Below are positions 1 to 9,002 of a stretch of 64,000 nucleotides of DNA, one piece after another (within the stretch, counting starts at the first letter, position 1; each line of letters begins with the position of its first letter). The notes beneath the pieces were generated by a model. The model saw nothing but the letters and a program-made list of their open reading frames with translations, was not told where the DNA came from and searched no databases. Both the position numbers and the translations under genes were made by a program. The stretch is from Eukaryota sp. GEM-RC1 (lineage: Eukaryota): contig JAUFOQ010000016.1 in NCBI GenBank assembly GCA_040285855.1, positions 2,604,001 through 2,668,000 on the forward strand. Direction: 5' to 3'.

Positions 1-896
1 GGGCCTATAGTATCCACGTGTAGGCTCTCAAAGGGTCTTCTAGCAATTAAGTTACCTGTTGTTTGAGCGGTGTTTCTGGCGGACGGCAAGTTGGAGTTCT
101 TTTGACAGCTGGGACAGTGTTGAATGTGGGAGGTTAGGTCTTCTTTGGCAGAAGGCCACCAATAATCGGAGTTCTCGAGGGCCTTTAAACTGGAGGCGAG
201 GGTGGGGTGTCCACAGTGAGGCAGTCCATGGATGTTCATGAGGACGTCTTGTCGTTGGGCCTTGGGCAGAATGATTTTACCTTGGAACAAATATAGGTCA
301 AGAGTTTCTTCGAGCTCAAGAGTTCCTGCTTCAGACAGCTGGTCAATTAAAGCGGCGAACTCAGGGTCTTCGTCTAAACGCTGGGCTTCTCGGAGTTCAG
401 CCATCCAATCGGCCCGTTTGTCTTTGAGAGACATGACGCGATGGGGAGAGAAGAGGTTAGTTGCATAAAACAAGGGGTCGGCAGAACGACGGAGAAGGTT
501 ATCAGCATTGGCTCGGGTCTTTCTAGGATCAACTTTGAGGCCTGGAGCAGAGGTTAAAGGTGTGAAAAATCGTAGAGGTGTTAAGAAATTAGCAGGAGTG
601 TTAGGGGAAAGGGAAAGTTCGGCTTCGGAGTCAGTGGAAGCTGACAACAAGTCGTCAGAGCAATTTACTATCCTAGGGACAAAGGATTTAGCGTGCAGAG
701 CCACTTCTTCTTCGTCAGTGGATATTTCAATATCGTCTGAGGAATCGTCTAGATTAAGATCAGGGCTTGAAGATCGTTTGGGAATTTTGTTTTCTGGAGA
801 GTTGATACACTCAGCAGAAGGAGTCAAGGACTTCAAGAAGTGGGGGCGATCGGAGTCGGTTGAACTCTCAGAGTCGACTATATCTTCGGGGTCCAT
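1..896 (-). CDS. Retroviral-type integrase, partial: Ser/acidic linker, H2C2 zinc-binding domain, start of the DDE core
   Basis: My translation (absent from the ORF track because it has no stop in the window) is open from ATG 896 to position 1 and reads ...GKIILPKAQRQDVLMNIHGLPHCGHPTLASSLKALENSDYWWPSAKEDLTSHIQHCPSCQKN...RRPFESLHVDTIGP. Confidence 0.9.
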   Translation of the reverse strand, partial: MDPEDIVDSESSTDSDRPHFLKSLTPSAECINSPENKIPKRSSSPDLNLDDSSDDIEISTDEEEVALHAKSFVPRIVNCSDDLLSASTDSEAELSLSPNTPANFLTPLRFFTPLTSAPGLKVDPRKTRANADNLLRRSADPLFYATNLFSPHRVMSLKDKRADWMAELREAQRLDEDPEFAALIDQLSEAGTLELEETLDLYLFQGKIILPKAQRQDVLMNIHGLPHCGHPTLASSLKALENSDYWWPSAKEDLTSHIQHCPSCQKNSNLPSARNTAQTTGNLIARRPFESLHVDTIG

Positions 897-920
897 TTGT
901 TCTATATGGCCTTCAATTAA

Positions 921-1361
921 TCATAGGCCTTGCTCATGGAGGAAGGCATGGGGATCTAGTTCAGGATAGTTTTCAGCTTCGCACTGGTTGATGAAGTCTC
1001 GGGTAGCTTCGACAGAGTGGTGTTTGACTCTGTGGAGATCTCGTTTAAATTTAGAAAGAGGTTGTTTAATCATGATCAGACACTCTGGGCATTCAAAGAA
1101 CTTGAGGCCTGAGTGGGAGGTAATCTCTTGGAGAGGGACCTGTTTGTTGGGCGCGTGGGCTAGAAAGTTCGGGTAGCAATCGGAGATAAATTGTAGGCGG
1201 GGAGGTTCCATCTTGAAGCAAAGGTCGTGGATGAGGTTCTTGGCGTTTGCGATCCAGACGTGTGGGTGGACTATCTGGTCTTTGTATGTTTCCATCTTGG
1301 AAACATTAAGTAGGGTTAGGGTTTTCCCTATTCCCTGTGCACGGACCAACAATGATATCAT
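921..1361 (-). CDS. Element ORF with a CxxC-H-H zinc-finger-like motif, in frame with the integrase across a single TGA
   Basis: Contains CPECLIMIKQPLSKFKRDLHRVKHH. The TGA at 921-923 is followed in the same frame by LIEGHIEQMDPED... and then the integrase. Confidence 0.6.
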   Translation of the reverse strand: MISLLVRAQGIGKTLTLLNVSKMETYKDQIVHPHVWIANAKNLIHDLCFKMEPPRLQFISDCYPNFLAHAPNKQVPLQEITSHSGLKFFECPECLIMIKQPLSKFKRDLHRVKHHSVEATRDFINQCEAENYPELDPHAFLHEQGL

Positions 1362-1489
1362 TGTCCCTTTCCGAGGGTTAAGTCGCTGCTTCGGGTTGGC
1401 TTCCCGTTGCTTCTAGTGCTTGAATGTGTCTGGCCAACATCAATTCAAGGCTCTGCCCTTTCTCCTCATTTCACCCTAGATACCGAGAA

Positions 1490-1720
1490 AGTTGTGTTTA
1501 TCCTCTTGTGTCCTGGTTTCTTCTGCTCCACGTTGCTATGAATTCCCCCGTACTTAGTGCTGATGTGTATATCCGCCTATGTGTCTTGCTTCTTCTGCTC
1601 CACGTTGATGTGTTCCTCCGAACTTTGCACTGATGTGTATATCTGCTTATGTTTGTTGTCTATATCTGTCCCACGTTGCTGTGTATATGCCCCCAAACTT
1701 GGCCCTGCTGAACATCTGAT
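1490..1720. repeat. About three degenerate ~70-bp tandem repeats inside the integrase element
   Basis: tgatgtgtatatc occurs at 1561 and 1631, and cttctgctccacgttg occurs at ~1520 and ~1592; a related third unit lies near 1670-1700. Confidence 0.75.
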
Positions 1721-2181
1721 GGTAAAAACGCTCTGCACTCCGAGAATGGAGTTTTGACGGTATCAGGCTGCCGTAGAAGAGCCTTGAGTAGGAGTGAGTT
1801 ATCGGAATCTTCTTTAGTAATGGCATAGGCGGCCATATCTTCGATCCAGGATAGGATGTGTTCGGCATCCAAAGTCTTGAGGAGAGGAACTTTGGTCCTT
1901 ATTCCTTTTCTTCCAAGGGAGGAGTTCAGCAAGGCGACGTTACGGTCGGAGGTTCTTGCATCCTGAACAGTTTCTTCGAGGTCTGTATCCGAGGCATAGT
2001 TCAGCGAACGGAGAGACAGAGGAGCGGCGGCAACTTCTGGGCGGCGGCTCGAATAAAGGTTCGGATGAGAGGAGGCATGGCAGCAGTCCTCATCATCTAC
2101 GGTGACATGAATATGGTCACAATAATTATTGTTGACTATACCGTCAATGAGGAAACTAGTATTAGATGTTTTTGAGAACAT
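1660..2181 (-). CDS. First ORF of the integrase element, unknown function (possibly Gag-like)
   Basis: 173-aa ATG ORF on the same strand and of the same composition as the integrase; no recognisable motif. Confidence 0.45.
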   Translation of the reverse strand: MFSKTSNTSFLIDGIVNNNYCDHIHVTVDDEDCCHASSHPNLYSSRRPEVAAAPLSLRSLNYASDTDLEETVQDARTSDRNVALLNSSLGRKGIRTKVPLLKTLDAEHILSWIEDMAAYAITKEDSDNSLLLKALLRQPDTVKTPFSECRAFLPSDVQQGQVWGHIHSNVGQI

Positions 2182-2578
2182 AAGTGTATTGAACGGAGAT
2201 AAGTGAAATCTATAAAATAAAATATGAAAATAAACAACACCGTAGCCTAAGAAATAGTGATTGCACTGTAGGAAGAGAATTAGTTCCTCAAACCAAGAAG
2301 CATCTGACCTTATGCCACTAGCATATCATTTGTTTTGTTTCATGTGTCGTCTTACTCTTATTCTATCCATCTACTATATTTCATTCTGTCTTATTCTTGT
2401 CTCCCGCATCCTTCTTTTCTCTCATATTCTCAACTCTGATCTTTTTTTCTCTAATATTCTTTTCTCTCCTTTCCAAGACCATCAGGTCTTAGGGACACTT
2501 TTCATGGGTCTTTTGATCCTCAGATTGTGTTCCCGTATTCTTCTCAACTCTCACATCAATCTCCAATTCAAATTGGAT

Positions 2579-2617
2579 CTCACAATACACGGTGATGTGG
2601 AAGCAAACCCCGGGCCT
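2579..2617 (+). other. 2A (StopGo, ribosome-skipping) peptide
   Basis: LTIHGDVEANPGP matches the consensus G-D-(V/I)-E-x-N-P-G|P exactly and ends a ~90-aa hydrophobic leader (ATG 2312). Confidence 0.85.
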
Positions 2618-2750
2618 CCTAAAACTATTGTTGGAGAAAGACACAGATAACGAAACCAACCAGGCTGGTTTTCATTTTTCAACTTGATTACATCCACTCC
2701 TGTGTATTGGATTTGCCCTTCCATTGACCCAAAGTCGTTTCTAGAAAAGT

Positions 2751-4513
2751 ATGGCAAGCAAAAAAAAGAAACTGATGGCCAAAAAGGAAACAGAAGACGC
2801 TGCACGTGAATGGGCGATCAATACTATTCGTCAGTTGAAAAATATCACATATACACGTGATGAGATAAGGGAACTTTTAGAAGTTGACAGCCCTGAGTCC
2901 TATCGAGACACTTTGGATCAACATGTAGCTGTCAGCAGCGCTTCTTATGAACACGAACACAAAACGGCGTTACCAAACATGGAAGTACTGACACGTCTTG
3001 ATCAAAGGAGAATCGTTCCACTTATATCTGAAGTTGAGGTAGATAACTTCTGTGTTGACAGTCAAGCTGAATTGCTGTCAATTTGGAAATCAGGATCATC
3101 AACAGTAGAGCTCACTTCCTTTGATTTTTGGGAAACAATTGTTTCAACAAGGTGGACACAATGTAGATCCTTCAGTATCTAGTTGTGTGGCTGATATACT
3201 GTTCCATTGGTGGATCTCCGAGCAAGAAACGGTATCACAGTACAGTATCGATCATTTCATTTCAAGGCTCAATAAAGATGTGTCGTCCTATTGTAAAACG
3301 TGGATAGATGCTCTTATGCATGAGATCACTTCAAATTGTCGTTTTGGCAAGGATAATCTTGATAAACAACGAAGACTCATGGCTTATGCACCCCAACTTT
3401 CAACTCAAAAGTGGACAATCGAAAAAACGGCTGTATACACCACTACTTTAAGGGTCATTATGGCCGATAAAATAAAAAACCCCCTTGGACATTCTGACTG
3501 TGGTGATAATGAGTTTTTGAATACATCGGTTGTCGAAACACTTGCCGTTCCTCTGTACAAAGTCAAAATAGCTGAAGAATTCTTAGAATGGTACAAGGCA
3601 GGACAACCATGCCGACACATCGGATCCTCAGATGTTCTGCTTATTGGATCATTAGCAGCTATGATAGCCGTTAACTATAAAGAATTGATCTTTGCAGTTG
3701 TCAAGAAGTACTCACGACTAGCACCTGAAACACCATGGTCAAAAATAACTGTAATGACTCCGAACGTCATCTGCCCTTTAACAATGATGTGTATAATCAA
3801 GATTGGATCATTAAGTAATTACATTCGACAAATTTCGTCAATGATTGACTTTAAAGTTCCACAACACATACAGTTCCAGATGGGCTTACCTGGTACGGGT
3901 GGTATGACTGAACGGGGTAAGACGCTAACACCTCAGTCAAACTGTTTAGATGGATTGAACGAATCCCAAAAACCAGCCACTGAAGAAATAAGAAGATTAC
4001 ATGGTACTGATCCTGGTATTTATTGTATTCAAGGAGCTCCAGGTACTGGTAAAACTCGTACCATTGTCAAATTAATAGTCTCTTTAATAAACGATGGTAT
4101 GAAAGTTTGGGTGTGTGCACCTTCTAATAATGCTGTGGAAGTGATATTGTTGAAATTGATTGCTGAACGTGATGTTAGTTGTGATCGACTATTACGAATA
4201 TCAGCACAACTCGAACCGGCAGAAAGTGTACAGGATTTTCTTTTGTCCAATATACTGGCTGAGAAAGAGTCGCAGCATACGACTTCTATGGATTCTCAAT
4301 CACAGGCTCCCCCGACAAAAAAAGTCCAGAAGTGATGATGCTGATGAGGAACAATTGTCAGATCTACAATGGGTAAGAAACAGTTATGATGTACTATTTA
4401 CCACATTAGCTGTTGCTGGTGGGTATCGGTATCAAAACATCTTTGAGCCTGATTTCATAATCATCGATGAAGCAGGTCAATCAACTGAACCTGAAATCAC
4501 GATCTTGCTTTGA
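2751..4513 (+). pseudogene. Upf1/Sen1/DNA2-like superfamily 1 helicase, N-terminal RecA half only, frameshifted
   Basis: Q motif LNESQ, Walker A IQGAPGTGKT (4027-4056), motif Ia VCAPSNNAV, and motif II IIIDEAGQSTEPE (DEAGQ at 4466-4480). Frameshifts near 3120-3170 and at the A-run ~4317-4323. Motifs III-VI are absent. Confidence 0.85.
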
Positions 4514-5640
4514 GTCATTTGTATTTCGCAGATTCCCTTAATGGAAAAATGTTCTTAAATTCAACCAAAGAACATGTAGCATGTGCTAGCAATCTGTTTC
4601 ATCCTCACAATCCAAGTGTACCACAACAAAACAATGACTATGATTGTGGGATTTTTGTTTTATATGTGATTGAAACTTTGTATAAAAGCTTCAATAACCA
4701 GCTTTTGAATCAAGTTGATTTGCAGCATAAACTTCCATTATTGGATGAGAAAGTGCAATCACTGCAAGAATTGATCAATAACAATGACCCAGAAACTCAG
4801 GTAAAGCATTTAGAAAAGGCACAGATTGACTATCAAAATGCCATCAATCAGTTTTACACAGAATACAATCGGTTGTTAGGTTTAAGTCATTGTACCGCAT
4901 TTACCACATGTCAATTCGATTTATCTTATCAAACTTTTGATCCTACAGTATACAGGACTATGTTAAATAATGAAATAAGGAATTACCTAGGGTTACCTAC
5001 TGACGTTCATTCAACCCAATCTCAACAACAAATGAATATATCTGTTGGTACTTCTGAAATATCTGAACCTTCAACACTTATGTCATCTCCTGATGAAATT
5101 CCAGATTCAAATCCCAATGCTCTGACACAAAATGATTCAAAAGAGGTTTCAGAAGCAATCAAGTCTTTGTCACCTGATGGTTGGATTGTGGACGATTGTG
5201 TTAATTGGTACTCTCGACATTTGATGGAGATATATGGAGTTGATTTAAACGCTTTTGTAACTCCTGGATCTGTTCAATCATTTTTAGTTCATGAAAATCA
5301 ATCTCTTCACCAATTTTTCATCAACAAGATTCTTCAGGCAAATTCTAGATATCTGTTTCTTCCTATAAATGACGCATTGATTAACGAAAGTTCTGGTATA
5401 CATTGGGGTTTGATTGTAATCGATACACATGATGAACTTTTCATCTTTCTCGATCCTCTTTATGATGTTGAAGATCACAGACAAGATGTTGGTAATGAAA
5501 TTAATTCGTTTTTGAATCAAGTTATTTCGAAAGTAGATGAAACTCTTCATCAACTCCAGTATCGACTCATTATTGTTCCAGTGACAGAGAAGCAAACACC
5601 AAATGATTGTGGAATTTATGTTCTTGAGTATATGAGTATA
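4510..5640 (+). pseudogene. Two tandem Ulp1/SENP (C48) cysteine protease domains; the second is SENP8/NEDP1-like
   Basis: The first is a C-terminal half only (YFADSL...PQQNNDYDCGIFVL). The second is complete: SLSPDGWIVDDCVNWY...FLPIND...GIHWGLIVID...FLDPL...QTPNDCGIYVL, with the His-Asp-Cys triad. Confidence 0.85.
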
Positions 5641-7263
5641 CTAGAGATGAAGCATTGCATTATATTAATTCTTTTAACTCTACCACTCACCCTGAAAATG
5701 TTAAGTTTATTGATGAAGTTTCCAAAGTTTTTGATGATGATTTCAGTATGTTAATATTTGAACAGATTAATTCTCTCATGGCTGATAAAATTCCAGAATT
5801 ACATCAAACATTTAATATAATATTTCCTGTTTCAATCACTACAAACGACAATGAAACTGTAGACGTCCATAATTTACTTTACACAGTTCAGGAGTATCCA
5901 CTTCATTTTCTCAGAAATTCTCTTCAAATCTCAGATTACTTGGAATCCAAGGGTGCTAAGTTGTATAATGTAATTCCTCTAAGTTTAGAGAATACTCCTT
6001 GTTTTTTCCCAATAGATACTAGAACTCTTTGGGGACTGGCTAAGCACTGTTTTGGGTATAGGAATAATGATAAGAAGATTGGTCCTTTACACTCGAAAGT
6101 GACTAATTATATGAGTAAAGATCAGATCCAAAACATGACCCATTCTCAACAACAAGATTACTGGAAAAGATGGTTTAACTGTGATGACAGAAGTTTTGAC
6201 AAAGCCAATTTTGAATTCAACAACTATGCTGTAACTGATGGAATTTCGATTTGTTTTCAATTTGTGAGAAAGGATTTGAAAGGAATGAAATGTAAACCCG
6301 ATTCAAGTAAAGCTTCAGTAAAGGTACAATATTTCAATGAATGTGATAGGTCTGATTATATTTCGAAACAAATGGTTTATGTGGACATTAGAAAGAGAGA
6401 TATGATACAACTTGCCTCTAAATCAAATAGGGAAACTCAAAATCCTCTAAAGAAATACAACTTCTTACGATTGACATATGCTGAGTGGTCTAGAGTTTCA
6501 CGAAAGCATAAAAGAATCCACCAGTACCTTGTTAGAAGGAGATCAGGTACTACTACCGTGAGAGCAGGTGATGATAATCCAATAACTGTGACAATGAAAA
6601 TTGAGAAATGGAACACTTGGTTAAGTGAAGAACAGGATTCTAAAACTGTTAATTACACTAAATTTAGAAAGTTTATTCTGAATAAATGTATTCACTACAA
6701 TGCAACTAAAGACTTCTATGATTTGCATATATGGAGGATTCACAAAATCCAAAATCATGTCCATAAGCAAAAGACAGAGTCTAAATTGGTTAACAGCATT
6801 GTAAAAACTTTTGGTAGCCGTGACTAAATCGTACTATGTATTAGTGATTTAGGTCAGAAGCCAATGTCCAACTTAAAACACAGTCCACCATCGAGAACTA
6901 AGACTTGGACTTCATTCTTTCAGAGAAATGGTTTTCTAACAGTTATGAATGATGAGAGAAACACTTCGTCCAAGTGTCCAGAATGTCATGAAGATGTTTT
7001 TGAAACTTCTGTTGAGGTTGTCAACCCAAAGCCCAAATCAAGAAAAAAGAGAATGGATTCACCCACATGGCTTACTAGAGTGTAAGAGCAAACATTGTCT
7101 GGGAGAAGTCAAGAAGCGATTGAAGGGGGAAAAGAAAGGGCACACAGTGCCCACTCAAATGTATTGGAATCGAAACAAGATGGCTTGTTTGAACATGATG
7201 AACATGTTCGAACACTGGATGAATGGTAGTGATGAGAGAGTAGAGTATCTGAGTAGAAATTAG
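5641..7263 (+). pseudogene. Fanzor (eukaryotic TnpB-family RNA-guided endonuclease), Fanzor1-like, disrupted
   Basis: YPLHFL...YNVIPL...PIDTRTL; F-x4-VTDGISIC; RuvC-I VDIRKRD (6381-6401); FY-x4-R-x2-K...KQKTESKLVN-x4-FG; RuvC-II NDERNTSSKCPEC (from 6948); NPKP...HGLLEC-x3-C; RuvC-III WNRNKMACLNM (from 7165); C-terminal ERVEYLSR. In-frame TAA at 6825 and a frameshift near 7050. Confidence 0.9.
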
Positions 7264-7319
7264 TTATATTTTTGTTAGCTGGCTGGTGAAACCCGGCCAT
7301 ATTTGGTTAATTCCACCAA
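7200..7319 (+). ncRNA. Candidate Fanzor omegaRNA scaffold (3' part)
   Basis: Two hairpins directly after the Fanzor stop: TGGCTGG-TGAAAC-CCGGCCA (7280-7299) and TTGGT-TAATTCC-ACCAA (7303-7319). TnpB/Fanzor omegaRNAs are encoded at this position. The 5' limit is a guess. Confidence 0.4.
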
Positions 7320-8087
7320 TGTTGAACAATACTATACGATACCTACGCATTGCCTTGTACTACATCTGTTTTCTGCTATTCTTTAATGTATACCCTCTGT
7401 TTTGCCTTCCTCTTTTCCCAATCCTTGGATCTTTACGAGTTTTCCATTATGCAGCAGCCTTCTTTTTTTAAGTACGTTCTCCGAACTGATGTAATTCTAA
7501 TCGGAAAACACAAAGATGACGTTAAACAATTCAATGGGGTCGTCCTATCAAGCCACAAGAGCCATATAGACTTCTTCCTCGGTTTTGCATTTGGAGATGC
7601 TGCTTCTCTTGGACGTATGCTTGTTGCTGCTGCTTGTCCTTTCATGTGGCTTTGTGGCTGGCTATCATCCACCTTTATCGTATTCAATCGCTCCAAGAGC
7701 AAACGCAGCAAACCTCTGCGTGAACGTTTTACAGATGCCATTTCTAAACGTGGTCGTTTGTTGATTTATCCCGAAGGCCACCGTCTGCCCATCAGAGGTA
7801 CTTTATCCCCCTTTAGAACTGGAATTCTGTCTTATTGCTTCCACAATAGAGTTCCTGTTTTTCTTGCACCAGCAGAAGGGGCCCAGGTTGTTCTCAACTA
7901 TGCTACTGGTGCTATTAGAAGAGGATATCCTATTGTGATTAATTGTTGTAATGTTTTATATCCAGATCAATATCAAGACTTGGAGGATTTTATCGCTGAT
8001 GCACAAGAGCAATTTATTGCGGGTTATGAAGATGCAACTGCGGAGTTTGATTCCATAGTATCCAAAAATTCCCAAAGAAGAATTTAA
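7319..8087 (+). CDS. 1-acylglycerol-3-phosphate acyltransferase (PlsC/LPAAT family)
   Basis: HX4D motif SHKSHID and IYPEGHR. The hydrophobic N-terminus MLNNTIRYLRIALYY... (ATG 7319) joins through a frameshift in the T-run at ~7463-7469. Confidence 0.85.
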
Positions 8088-8170
8088 AAATTCTAACAAC
8101 CGATGCGAAAAAGTATCTTGATTATAAAAAATTATCGAAACAAAAAATAAATTAATAAATTTAGCCATTT

Positions 8171-8674
8171 TTAACTGTTAAGAATCGCAGAAAAAAGGGA
8201 CATGAAACATGAGTTGATATTTCTGCCATTAGCTGCAGAGGTTTCAAAGTATCTTAAATTATGTTGGTCACACCATTGAGAGGCTTCTAGTTCAGAGACT
8301 ACTCGGTTGGTTTTATCAATCTTATTTCCACATACAAAAATGGCCATGTTTTTAGGGGCGTTGAATTTGGAGGCCTCAGCTAACCACAAAGAGAGATTAT
8401 CAAAGGAGCAACGGTTCGTTACATCAAAGACGAGGACAGCACCCTGGGTGTCCGAGTAGAACTCGTTGCGGACTTCGAGAAAGTCGTTTGAGCCAGAAAG
8501 GTCAAAGAAGCTTATCTTTAATTCCATTCCTGCAACATTGACTGACTTAATGCCATAGTCAATCCCTATTGTGGCAAGATACTTGGAGATGAAACGATTT
8601 TCACAAAATCGCTTGATGATAGTTGACTTTCCACAAGCTAGGTCGCCCATGGATATGATTTTAAGACGTTTCAT
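8171..8674 (-). CDS. RJL: RJL-family Ras-like GTPase (no J domain)
   Basis: KIISMGD-x2-GKS-x-IIKRFCENRF-x2-YLATIGIDYG, FFDLSG...EVRNEFY, NKID and ETSA. DLSG replaces DTAGQ, as is typical of RJL. Confidence 0.85.
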   Translation of the reverse strand: MKRLKIISMGDLACGKSTIIKRFCENRFISKYLATIGIDYGIKSVNVAGMELKISFFDLSGSNDFLEVRNEFYSDTQGAVLVFDVTNRCSFDNLSLWLAEASKFNAPKNMAIFVCGNKIDKTNRVVSELEASQWCDQHNLRYFETSAANGRNINSCFMSLFSAILNS

Positions 8675-8756
8675 ATAAGACGTTCATAGAACAGGTTCTT
8701 GAAGATGAAACTGGAATTTGTATTTTTCATTCATACTACTACAACAGGTTGAAAAT

Positions 8757-8871
8757 CGTAATCTTTTACCGAGTGGTGGTGAAGTCGTTTGGATTTAATC
8801 TTAGTATTACTTGTTTGTTTTTACAATTCCATAGTTTTGTAGAAAGGTTATTTTATCGGGTACCGAATAAA
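8757..8871 (+). repeat. Short 3'-terminal fragment of a non-LTR retrotransposon, same family as 34523-34636
   Basis: Close match to 34523-34636 (cgtaatcttttaccg.gtggtg.tgaagtcgtttggatttaatcttagtatta...ccgaataaa). Confidence 0.8.
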
Positions 8872-9002
8872 GTGTTGACTACGGAATTGTAAAAACGCCT
8901 TTTATTTACTCTTACAAATACAAACTATCATCAATATTAACAAAATGAGATACAAATACCTCTACATCATTTCAAATTCATGTCTCAATGCAAATAGACG
9001 GT

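Larger units (their letters stand above)
1..2239 (-). mobile_element. Integrase-encoding element (Gypsy/Ginger/Maverick-like integrase), continues beyond the left edge
   Basis: Three minus-strand coding segments end in an H2C2 plus rve integrase. The GC content is visibly higher than in flanking DNA. The boundary at 2239 (minus strand starts TGTTG) is tentative. Confidence 0.7.
2312..7318 (+). mobile_element. Decayed Fanzor-bearing element encoding a 2A-helicase-protease-Fanzor polyprotein
   Basis: Collinear plus-strand domains separated only by stops and frameshifts: leader/2A, SF1 helicase, two Ulp1-like domains, Fanzor RuvC/ZnF. Ends not defined; no TIR or TSD recognised. Confidence 0.75.

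Noticed and set aside
921..923. Non-standard genetic code (stop reassignment)
   Set aside because: In-frame stops occur only in mobile-element remnants. Host genes end normally in TAA, TAG or TGA and use TGG for Trp.
59..969. Plus-strand ORFs at 59-969, and similar antisense ORFs over Hsp70, OYE and RNF213
   Set aside because: These are shadow frames of the real opposite-strand genes and have no motifs.
1490..1720. CRISPR-like array next to a nuclease locus
   Set aside because: The units are degenerate along their whole length, with no constant repeat and unique spacer pattern, and the context is eukaryotic.
2751..7319. Helitron assignment for the helicase element
   Set aside because: The helicase motifs are Upf1/Sen1-like (DEAGQ), not Pif1-like. 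No HUH Rep domain was seen and no CTRR follows the 3' hairpin.
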